NCBI GenBank assembly: GCA_043820105.1
Contig: JBDREC010000001.1
Location: 62,001 to 117,618, forward strand
From: Pseudomonadota bacterium
GTDB taxonomy: Bacteria > Bdellovibrionota_F > JAHFAK01 > JBDREC01
Direction of reading: 5' to 3'
DNA: 55,618 nucleotides
Part shown: positions 31,152 to 39,300 of the stretch, piece by piece
Layout: each line of letters starts with the position of its first letter
Position numbering within the stretch: position 1 is the first letter of the stretch
Notes under the pieces: model-generated
Databases searched by the model: none
The model's input: the letters and a program-made list of their open reading frames with translations, nothing else
Told to the model about the DNA's origin: nothing
Position numbers and translations under genes: made by a program

Positions 31152-32294
31152 TTAAAAAGGATAAATGCTATAGTTTATGTCAATATATTCAATATATGAA
31201 TTTTCTGAATTTGTTTGAATATTTGGTGGATTATTTATGTCTATAAAATTATCAGGAAAGGTTTTTAGTAAAAACCAAGCAGGATCCAAATTGAAATATG
31301 CATTTATGTCTCGGTCATGTTGTGCCCACGGAGGTTTTACTTTGTTTTTTGGATGTTTAAAATACATTGGTAGGTCAGCGATATTAAGAAAGTCAGCTCT
31401 TATTAAAAAATCATCATCAAAGTCTTTTGAAATTGTTTTATCAGGGTTTATTGTATAAAGGCTATCATCAGCTGGCCATAGTGCTTTTGGATCTCCATTT
31501 GAATCTCTTAAGTCAAATGGAAGAGCTTCATATTCATTCTCTCCATTAGAAGAAAATACAAATCCTTCAAAACTATCAATTTCATCTATTTGAGTAAAAG
31601 CCCACATTCCATGTTCTCCAGATTCAGATAGAATTGCAGGATGGGAATCATTTATTATTAAAGGATATTCCTGGCCATATGCGTTGTGATTTTTTTCAGA
31701 TAGAGGATGAGCCCAGAGAAACCCATCAACACCATTAAAGTGGAAATTCATTAAACTATGATTTTCTGGTTTATTATATTCAATAGTCTTTTCAAAAAAA
31801 TCTTTTTTATCATTTGTAGTATAAATGAGCATCCAATTATGTGCTTGAGTAATGACAGCTGTAATTGTTCCCTTTTTGTAATTTTCAGAATAAAAAGTAT
31901 TTCTTTTAACTACCACCATGGCTGTTTCAAGGTCATTTGAATGAGAAGATTTTCTTCTTTTCTTTGTATCATAGGGGTAAAAATATGAATAAACAATGAA
32001 CCAGTGTGTTTTTGATGCTATAACATAATAATAAGAAACAGGGATTAAGGGTTCATGATCTAGGACTTCTGAAGGAATCCAATTTTTACAATCTCTTTCC
32101 CCGTGAAAATCGATGTATGTAGGTATATCCAGACTTTCATAACATTCTCCAGTTGATTGATAAAGATCTGGCAAAAAATGATTTGCAAGGTCATAGAAAT
32201 CAGCTTGTGTAGAAGGACTGGGATGAAGATTTGAGATTAAGATTAAGAATAAGATTAGGATTAAGATATATGATTTGTATTTAATATGCCCCAT
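31152..32294 (-). CDS. Secreted protein with NPP1/Vps62-like motif
   Basis: Signal peptide; FLPDLYQ, IVYSYFYPYD, SHSNDLETAMVVV, QAH, EHG motifs. Confidence 0.6.
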   Translation of the reverse strand: MGHIKYKSYILILILFLILISNLHPSPSTQADFYDLANHFLPDLYQSTGECYESLDIPTYIDFHGERDCKNWIPSEVLDHEPLIPVSYYYVIASKTHWFIVYSYFYPYDTKKRRKSSHSNDLETAMVVVKRNTFYSENYKKGTITAVITQAHNWMLIYTTNDKKDFFEKTIEYNKPENHSLMNFHFNGVDGFLWAHPLSEKNHNAYGQEYPLIINDSHPAILSESGEHGMWAFTQIDEIDSFEGFVFSSNGENEYEALPFDLRDSNGDPKALWPADDSLYTINPDKTISKDFDDDFLIRADFLNIADLPMYFKHPKNKVKPPWAQHDRDINAYFNLDPAWFLLKTFPDNFIDINNPPNIQTNSENSYIEYIDINYSIYPF

Positions 32295-32408
32295 GTTTAG
32301 TTTTTGTCCAGGAAAAATTAAAGACCTATTCGTATCAGTACTAACACTAGGAGTCAAGTGAGCATTGGTTTTAAAAACAAGGAAAATTTTATTGAAAGTA
32401 TTATTTAT

Positions 32409-33905
32409 CTACTTTCTAACTTCGCCTGGCTTTTCTTTGCCATATCCTGCTCCTCTACTTTCAAGCTTTGTCTTGGCTTGCTCAACTCTTGGGTTTCTTG
32501 TTCTAAATTCAACATCTCGTCCAGATTCATCAATAGTCATAGTGGCTGCAAGTGTTCTAGGATCAATTTCATGAAGGCAAATATCTTCAGTTCGAGGCAG
32601 TTGAATTATATTTGGTGTTGGGTCCCTTACCAAGTCTTCAGAGTTTACCCAGGCAAGCCTAATTTGAGCTTCTGGATTTTTAGTGTTTAAATATCTTGCT
32701 AAAAATTTTGCTCTAAGTTCTGTTGTTTCCATTATATAGGCTTGTCTGATTAAACCTGCATATAAAACACCAATTTTAGCATCAGTTCCGGTTCTTTTAT
32801 TTACAAAAACATCATGTAATTTGTTTTGAGCTGCTTGGGATTTCGCATAGCTTGCTGTTGTCATTACCTTGAGCCATGCTATAACATAAGATTTTAAAAA
32901 TACTTCTATTGAGCCGTGCTTTACTGCATCCCAAGTTCTATAATCAACAAAGTCTAAGATATCGCTCAAGTGCCATATTGCTAAATCAACATGTAAATCT
33001 TCACCATGTTGATACATGTCTTGATAAACACCTTTAAGCATTTGCACTGGGTCTTTTGAAAGATGGTGCAGGTTTGAATAAAGCTTTCTCTGATTTTGCT
33101 TTGTGCTATGTATTATTCCATCAAGGACATTTCTTATTGGCGAATCAATGTCAAAATTTTGCCTTATAGACTCAAAAACTTCAATGATTTCTTGTGGTTT
33201 ATAGGCTTCAGCTAGCATGCTGTTTTTTAGATTCTCTAGATCATCAATTGTTTTGACTTCCTGGGCTTGCCTTAGAAAATCTGAAAAACTAACTCGATCA
33301 ATGAATACACCTTCTGCTTTGTCATAGAGCTCCTCAGGGTTTGCCAGACCAGCATTAACTTCTCCCAAAGCTTTATAAAGCCATTGAATTTTTCCAATAG
33401 AAAGAAATGTTATCACTGAGTCCGTATTAATTACTTTTAGTATAGCTGCTCTTTTAACTGGATCCTCAAGAGTTTCTTTTATCTTTAAAAAGAAATCAAA
33501 TTTCTCAATAAGCCTTTTTTGTTCATGCCTGCTGGCCTTTGCATATTCTGTGATAAGATCAGCCCCTCCAAAATAAATGCCCTCAGACCAAAAATAATCA
33601 ATAACTCTTTCCCATTTTATTATAAGATCATTTAATAAGGGATTTTGTACTTTTTGGCTTTCTGTCTCTGCTTTCAAGCTTTGAATTTGGTCCTTTATTG
33701 GTTTATAATATTCTTCAGCATCAAAATCCTCACCTGTTGTAGCTTTATAAAAAACAACAGATAAAAATGCTGCTAAATTTTCCTGCTCTCCTGGGCTAAT
33801 TCCTTTGCTTACCACTGTGCTACCAGGATCTGGTGTCTGTGAAAAAAGCCAAGATGAGGAAAGAATAATTAAAGATAAAAATAAGGCGATTTTTTTTTTA
33901 TTCAT
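32409..33905 (-). CDS. Secreted helical hypothetical protein
   Basis: 498-aa ORF with signal peptide. Confidence 0.7.
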   Translation of the reverse strand: MNKKKIALFLSLIILSSSWLFSQTPDPGSTVVSKGISPGEQENLAAFLSVVFYKATTGEDFDAEEYYKPIKDQIQSLKAETESQKVQNPLLNDLIIKWERVIDYFWSEGIYFGGADLITEYAKASRHEQKRLIEKFDFFLKIKETLEDPVKRAAILKVINTDSVITFLSIGKIQWLYKALGEVNAGLANPEELYDKAEGVFIDRVSFSDFLRQAQEVKTIDDLENLKNSMLAEAYKPQEIIEVFESIRQNFDIDSPIRNVLDGIIHSTKQNQRKLYSNLHHLSKDPVQMLKGVYQDMYQHGEDLHVDLAIWHLSDILDFVDYRTWDAVKHGSIEVFLKSYVIAWLKVMTTASYAKSQAAQNKLHDVFVNKRTGTDAKIGVLYAGLIRQAYIMETTELRAKFLARYLNTKNPEAQIRLAWVNSEDLVRDPTPNIIQLPRTEDICLHEIDPRTLAATMTIDESGRDVEFRTRNPRVEQAKTKLESRGAGYGKEKPGEVRK

Positions 33906-33947
33906 TTGAGTTCCTATCCCTTGTTAATTTATAGCTCCCATGAGTAT

Positions 33948-33963
33948 TGCAAGGCATGTGCCA
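33948..33963 (-). promoter_or_regulatory. sigma54 -24/-12 promoter
   Basis: Minus strand tGGcacatgccttGCa upstream of 33905. Confidence 0.75.
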
Positions 33964-34172
33964 AAATTCGGTTTAGAAATTGATAAATGAAATCAAGACC
34001 ATGTAATGCCGCAATGCGCTATTTTATGTTAAATGACAGGTTTTTAAACACTGTTTTATTGATCAAGGGACATGTTTCTTAAAAACTTTTGTTTTCATAA
34101 AAATAAGATCTTAATTTACAAAAGTTAAATTTTCTGATAGGTTTTTTTCCTATTAAGCAATTGGAGAAATTT

Positions 34173-34616
34173 ATGAAGGTAATTATTACTGATATTATTA
34201 TTAATGAAAGAGTTAGAAAAGAGCTTGGGGAGTTAGATGGCTTAAAAAAGTCTATGAAAAATGAGGGATTACTTAATCCTATAATCCTTACTGAAGATTT
34301 CGAGCTTATTGCTGGATACAGGCGACTTGAATGTGCTAAAATTCTAAAGTGGAAAGAAATTGAAGCTAGATTGCTGCCTGTTGAAACCAGGCTTGAGAAA
34401 CTTATGATTGAAGCTAATGAAAATATTACACGAAAAGACTTTACAGACGAAGAACGAGAAGAAATTCTAGAAAAGATTCGCCTATGTCAGGTTAGCTTTT
34501 GGAATCGATTTAAGAATAATATAAAAATGTTTTTTCAAAGAGTTGGGGATTTTATAAAGGCAGTTTTTAAAAAAGATCTTATTCCTGAAAAGCTAAAAAA
34601 CATAAAGATAGGATAG
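34173..34616 (+). CDS. Small ParB/Srx N-terminal domain protein
   Basis: GLLNPIIL...LIAGYRRL...ENITRKDFT; GGAG RBS. Confidence 0.85.
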   Translation: MKVIITDIIINERVRKELGELDGLKKSMKNEGLLNPIILTEDFELIAGYRRLECAKILKWKEIEARLLPVETRLEKLMIEANENITRKDFTDEEREEILEKIRLCQVSFWNRFKNNIKMFFQRVGDFIKAVFKKDLIPEKLKNIKIG

Positions 34617-34625
34617 GTTTTTAAT

Positions 34626-34813
34626 TTGGCTATCGCTAAACCAAAAAAAAATATGAACCATGCGATTATGGATTTCAGCCCTGTACTTGCGATCATGGGC
34701 AGACAGCAGTGTCAGGATTTACATGCATAACAGGTCAATATGCAACAATCACTTGCTCTAGTGGAAATGTAGCTGGTGGAATTCCTTGTATTAGTGGGGG
34801 ATTGGCGATATGA
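34626..34813 (+). pseudogene. Frameshifted Cys-rich RiPP-like precursor peptide (CxxGxxA x4)
   Basis: TTG start plus A9 tract; adding one A gives MAIAKPKKKYEPCDYGFQPCTCDHGQTAVSGFTCITGQYATITCSSGNVAGGIPCISGGLAI. Confidence 0.55.
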
Positions 34814-34853
34814 GCATTAAAGGCATACTGCCTGGCCCCAGCGAAAACAAGAA

Positions 34854-35756
34854 TTATGTAATTTCATTCTGAACAAAAATGTGCTTAAAGTCTTTTGTGC
34901 TTAAATAATCGATTGCACTTTCATATTCTGTGCTTTTTAATTTGCGATTAATTTCTGGATAATTTTCTGCTTTGTGAGCCGGAAAATATTGGCCCATAAG
35001 ACTAATCCCAATATCGTTTCCTGTAATTTTCTCTATAAAATCGATTGCCTCAATAGTTGAACTCAGTTTATTGGGAAGCACCATGTGGCGAATTAAAAGG
35101 CCTTTTCTTGCAAGGCCGTTTTTGAGTTTTATTCCTCCAACCTGTTTATACATTTCAATAATTGCTGTGCTAGCAATTTCTTTATAGTTATCAGCCTCTG
35201 AATACTTTTTTGCGAAAGTATCCTTCATGTATTTCAGGTCAGGCATGTAAATGTCAATTATGCCATTTAAAAGTTTTAAGGCAGCTAGCTTTTCATAGCC
35301 AGAGGAATTGTAAACAAGTGGAATTTTTAATCCTTCATTTTTTGCAATTTGCACAGCTTCAATAATTTGGAGTATCATGTGAGATGGGCTTACAAAATTA
35401 ATATTATGCGCGCCCCTTTTTTGCAGCTTAAGCATCATGGCAGCCAGTTGTTTAGCATTTGCAAATTCACCATTTCTATAATGACTGATAGGGAAATTTT
35501 GGCAATAGACACAAGCTAAGTTACAGCCAGAAAAGAAAATAGTGCCAGAGCCTAAATTACCTGAAATTATAGGTTCTTCTCCATGGTGTATGTTGTAGCT
35601 TGCTACTTTTGCATATTTGCCTGTCCCACAGATTCCCAATTCGCCTGCATTTCTATCCACCTTACATTCTCTGGGGCAAGCGTTACATGGACTAATTCCA
35701 ATGGATTCTGTGTTGATACCAGGGAATCCATTAATATTTAAAGTATTTTTTTCCAT
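34854..35756 (-). CDS. PflX-like radical SAM protein
   Basis: CNACPRECKVDR..GICG, HHGEEPIISG..GSGTIFFSGCNLACVYCQN, IDIYMPDLKY. Confidence 0.88.
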   Translation of the reverse strand: MEKNTLNINGFPGINTESIGISPCNACPRECKVDRNAGELGICGTGKYAKVASYNIHHGEEPIISGNLGSGTIFFSGCNLACVYCQNFPISHYRNGEFANAKQLAAMMLKLQKRGAHNINFVSPSHMILQIIEAVQIAKNEGLKIPLVYNSSGYEKLAALKLLNGIIDIYMPDLKYMKDTFAKKYSEADNYKEIASTAIIEMYKQVGGIKLKNGLARKGLLIRHMVLPNKLSSTIEAIDFIEKITGNDIGISLMGQYFPAHKAENYPEINRKLKSTEYESAIDYLSTKDFKHIFVQNEIT

Positions 35757-35982
35757 CTGAATATTTTTATTTTAACCTTTGATAATATTAATTTTATAAT
35801 ATTTTACAAAAATAATAAAACAAGAACAAATTTACTTGCTCGAATTTGTGCTAAAATTCAGATACCTTTTCTGTTTTCATGTTCATTATGACACCAAAAA
35901 TCAAAAGCAAGGAAGAAGTAATCCCCTTTATATTTTATAATAATATCATGCTGATATCAAAATATTATCCGGATTTTTATTT

Positions 35983-35998
35983 TGGCACAAATCTTGAA
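35983..35998 (+). promoter_or_regulatory. sigma54-like promoter (-12 GA variant)
   Basis: tGGcacaaatcttGAa upstream of 36080. Confidence 0.5.
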
Positions 35999-36079
35999 AA
36001 TAGATTCTTATCAGAAACTTTTTGGGGACAATAAGCTTATTTTATTTATACAGTTATTAAGCAATTTATAGGGGATTTT

Positions 36080-37228
36080 ATGAAGTTATTAAAAATTATC
36101 ACAATTGTCTCATTTCTTTTTTTATTACTTTTCCAAATTATTTTAGCCTGTCCTGAATTAGATAAAAAATTAAAAATGCAAAAACAGTGCAAGGTTTTGG
36201 TTCCTGATGAAATGCTGGATATCAATCCTGGAATTTTGGAACTTTTAGAGGATAAGGGGTATTTCCCCAAAGAAAGGCCTTTTGAAATGGATGAATATCC
36301 AGTGGTGCGCAATCGCAAATTCCTTACAGCTGACTTCACAGAAATTCCCCAACAACGGTGGGTTGAGGCTGAATATGGTGACAGATATGTGCAACCTGTG
36401 TACAGACAGGTTTGTGATCCTGATGTTTATGATGATGTTTGGGTTGAGCCAGTATTCAGGCGAGTGTGTACCAAGGATGAATATAGAAGGATATGGATTC
36501 CAGCTGAAACCAAAAGGGTTTGCTGGGATGATAAATACGAAAGAGTTTGGGTTGATCCGGTTTACAGAGAGGAATGTACTCCAGATGTAACAAAACGTGT
36601 TTGTCACGACGCTGTTATAAAAGAAGTTTGCACTAAAGATGTTTACAAGCAGGAATGCAAGGTTGATCCAAGAACAGGAGAAAGAAAATGCAGGAGGGTA
36701 CTTGTTAAAAAGGGAAGCTGCGAAAAGAGAGTGGTCAAAGAAGCTTATTGTGAAACGATAATTGTGCAGAGGGGAGAATGCAGAAGGGTTGAAGTAAGAC
36801 CAGGGCATTATGAAAACAGACTGGTAAAAAGAGCCGGCTGTGATGATAGGATTATAAGAGAGGGATATTATAAAAATGAACTTATAAGAAGAGGCGAGTG
36901 TCATGATGAACTGGTAAGAGCCGGACATTATGAAAGAAGGTTAATAAGCAAAGGCATTTGCAGGCAGGTGCTAGTGAAAGAAGGCTACTGGGAAAGAAAT
37001 GTATTGTTAAAGCCTGCACACTACAAAAAACTTCCAAGCAGATTTGCCGCTGAAGTTGTAATGAGTGAAAAAGTTAGCAGAAAAGGAAATGTGTTCAAAT
37101 TTGATATAGAGAAATTATTTGATCCTTTTGTATCTGAGGAAAAAAATAAAGGGACTGCATTGATGGAAGCCCTTATGCAACTTATTTCTTGTGAAGAATT
37201 GCTGGCTTTGGAAGAAGAATCTGCTTAA
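36080..37228 (+). CDS. Secreted protein with mirror-symmetric Cys/aromatic repeats (predicted long beta-hairpin)
   Basis: Signal peptide; 9-aa repeats, turn CKVDPRTGERKC, then 10-aa repeats. Confidence 0.8.
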   Translation: MKLLKIITIVSFLFLLLFQIILACPELDKKLKMQKQCKVLVPDEMLDINPGILELLEDKGYFPKERPFEMDEYPVVRNRKFLTADFTEIPQQRWVEAEYGDRYVQPVYRQVCDPDVYDDVWVEPVFRRVCTKDEYRRIWIPAETKRVCWDDKYERVWVDPVYREECTPDVTKRVCHDAVIKEVCTKDVYKQECKVDPRTGERKCRRVLVKKGSCEKRVVKEAYCETIIVQRGECRRVEVRPGHYENRLVKRAGCDDRIIREGYYKNELIRRGECHDELVRAGHYERRLISKGICRQVLVKEGYWERNVLLKPAHYKKLPSRFAAEVVMSEKVSRKGNVFKFDIEKLFDPFVSEEKNKGTALMEALMQLISCEELLALEEESA

Positions 37229-37443
37229 AGAAGATTTGTCCACATCATTTTTTACTATCAACGCTAGAATTGAAAAGGAATATAAATTTATTGGCATCTA
37301 ATTATCGAATAACTCCTTGTCAGCACATTTTTTGAAACGAATTTGAAACAAATTGATTCAAAACTTAAAAAAAATTATAGCCATCCAAATTTAAACAAAT
37401 AACTTTCACATTGATTCTAAGAAGTTAAAACTTTTGTTCATTA

Positions 37444-37459
37444 TGGCACAGGCATTGCA
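37444..37459 (+). promoter_or_regulatory. sigma54 -24/-12 promoter
   Basis: TGGCACaggcaTTGCa, near consensus. Confidence 0.8.
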
Positions 37460-37475
37460 ATATCAAAAATCGTAT

Positions 37476-37603
37476 GACTGGTTGGTTTGGGTAAGTGGTA
37501 TTCCTAAAAAGGGATAAAGCCTTTCCCAATAAAACTCTCCTGTTATGGAGTTTTACAAATGCAGGCGGCTTGTTAATTTTTTACAAATCGCCTGCACCCG
37601 GTC
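37476..37603 (+). ncRNA. Candidate structured RNA / 5' leader (four-way junction)
   Basis: GACTGG/CCGGTC closing stem around three hairpins, starting just after the predicted sigma54 TSS. Confidence 0.45.
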
Positions 37604-37645
37604 CTTTTATTAATAAAAACTTTTTTAAAAATTGGGAGGTACTCT

Positions 37646-37834
37646 ATGAAAGCCGTAAATATGAAAAAATGTTGTGATCTTGATTATTTTTCATTTTATG
37701 AAAAACTTGAACCAGTAGCAAAAGCAAAAGAAAAAAATAAAGCAATTGTGAAAGCCAGAGAAAAAAGTAATGGTGAAAATATGGGTTCGGATTCTAAAGA
37801 TTATTACATGCACATGCTCTATCATAAATTGTAA
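37646..37834 (+). CDS. Small hypothetical protein
   Basis: 62 aa; GGAGG RBS; downstream of sigma54 promoter and structured leader. Confidence 0.6.
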   Translation: MKAVNMKKCCDLDYFSFYEKLEPVAKAKEKNKAIVKAREKSNGENMGSDSKDYYMHMLYHKL

Positions 37835-37903
37835 GAGCAAGATTATAGCAACATGCACGGATGTCCATCAAAGCAACGACCTCATGAGCAAGGGAGTGGG
37901 TGA

Positions 37904-38332
37904 TCAGTGATCTGTTTGCTCTTCAATTTTATCATCTTTTGATGTGGGAGTTTCTTCATTTTTTTCGTTATTAGAATTGCTGATGCTGGGACCATGTGGA
38001 GATTGAAATATAAATAAATATAAATTTATACTTAGCCAGAAAAAACAAAATACTAATGTTAGAAATTGTCCCAGAGGTTTAAAAGGACCAAAAATAATTA
38101 AGATAATTACAATTATTAACCAACAAGCATTAAGAAAGATCCCTGAATATTTTATTTTCTTGTTTAAATCAGGCTTTAGAATGAGATAGATATTTAGACT
38201 GAGGAAAAAGAATAAGAATATTGAAAAGCAAATTTGATCTAAAGCTAAGGGATGTAAAAAGATCAATAAGACAATGTTCCCCATTATCATAACTACATTG
38301 AAAAAAACACCAAGATATTTTAGAAACTTCAT
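37904..38332 (-). CDS. 4-TM membrane protein with internal two-fold duplication
   Basis: KYLGVFFN...LSLNIYL and KYSGIFLN...LSINLYL halves. Confidence 0.7.
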   Translation of the reverse strand: MKFLKYLGVFFNVVMIMGNIVLLIFLHPLALDQICFSIFLFFFLSLNIYLILKPDLNKKIKYSGIFLNACWLIIVIILIIFGPFKPLGQFLTLVFCFFWLSINLYLFIFQSPHGPSISNSNNEKNEETPTSKDDKIEEQTDH

Positions 38333-38450
38333 TTATATACCCTTTATGTAAAGTTATTATCAATTTGATTGAATTATATGTATTGTGGTCAATTTTCAAT
38401 GAAAGAATAGAAAACTGAGGAAAAATTTTATCTCAAGCCAAAATCATTCA

Positions 38451-38491
38451 CGCCCCCAATAGGAATCGAACCTATAGCTGAGGATTAGGAA
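38451..38491 (-). tRNA. 3' half of tRNA-Arg(CCT): island attachment-site duplication, not a full tRNA
   Basis: Minus strand TTCCTAA loop, TCCTC, ATAGG-TTCGATT-CCTAT T-arm, TGGGGGC-G acceptor; the 5' anticodon strand and D-arm are absent. Confidence 0.85.
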
Positions 38492-38721
38492 TTTGAACGG
38501 TTTGCGAGTATAAGGCTCTGTAATTTAAAGTTTTAAGCAATATTATTAACCAATTAACCATTGTTGTTACTTCATTCTATTTTTAGCTATTATTACGTAA
38601 TTTGAGGTATTGTTACGAGTAATTTACGAGGGAAAATGTGTGTTAAAATAATTTCACGGATATTATTGTTCTTGTTGTAACCCTAAATAATTATCAATCA
38701 ATAAAAAGTGCTAAAAACAAA

Positions 38722-39300
38722 CTAATATTTTAATAGAATAGCGTTTAGCCACTTTTCTTGGCGATCAGGGCGACGATCATCTGTTAACCATAGTTTTTTT
38801 ATTGTTACACTTGGTAAAGATTCTGCTAATGACGTCATTCCCTGTTCATTAAGATCCGTAAAAATTCTACCGTCTTTAACTCTTTCTTGTGTGCCGTGCT
38901 TAAAAGAGACATATGCTGCACCACCTGATTTTAAGGCATTAAGCAGTTTTAACATTATTGCAGATAATTCATTGTGAGGAACATGGAGTAAAGATGCACA
39001 AGCCCAGATGCCATCGTATATATTTTTTTCGTCTACTTCATTGAATGCCCTTAGATCAATTCTAACTCCTGTTAATTTATTAGCCATCTTCACCATTTCT
39101 TCTGAAACATCAAATGCACTGATTTTATATCCTTTGTCTAAGAAAGCTTTGCTATCTCTACCTGATCCACAGCCCACATCGAGAATGTAGCCTCCTTTTG
39201 GAATATATTTTAAAAACTCCCGATAGAAGGATTCCATATTAACAGAAACTGTATCGTTAAAAAACTTTTTAGCATTCTGATTATAATAATTTACACTCAT
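38722..39300 (-). CDS. Class I SAM-dependent methyltransferase
   Basis: ILDVGCGSGRDS, YDGIWACASLLH; start overlaps HNH stop (TAATG). Confidence 0.9.
   Translation of the reverse strand: MSVNYYNQNAKKFFNDTVSVNMESFYREFLKYIPKGGYILDVGCGSGRDSKAFLDKGYKISAFDVSEEMVKMANKLTGVRIDLRAFNEVDEKNIYDGIWACASLLHVPHNELSAIMLKLLNALKSGGAAYVSFKHGTQERVKDGRIFTDLNEQGMTSLAESLPSVTIKKLWLTDDRRPDRQEKWLNAILLKY

Noticed and set aside
34173-34616. Chromosome/plasmid partition locus
   Set aside because: ParB N domain only; no HTH, no parA, no parS palindrome seen
36245-36928. 227-aa antisense ORF and the 102-aa alternate-frame ORF at 36282
   Set aside because: Shadows of the repeat-rich 36080-37228 gene with no independent motifs
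36359-37024. CRISPR array or DNA-level repeat
   Set aside because: Periodicity is at protein level with diverged codons; no identical repeat-spacer units and no cas genes in the window
37476-37603. Known riboswitch (c-di-GMP, SAM, TPP, cobalamin) or tRNA
   Set aside because: Could not find their conserved sequence motifs or a T-loop by eye; kept as unknown structure
37495-37677. 60-aa ORF
   Set aside because: Overlaps the structured leader, lacks an RBS and overlaps the better-supported 37646 ORF
38451-38530. Complete tRNA-Arg or group I intron-split tRNA
   Set aside because: No 5' anticodon strand or D-arm upstream; the whole anticodon loop lies in the 3' piece and no intron core is evident, which fits an att duplication
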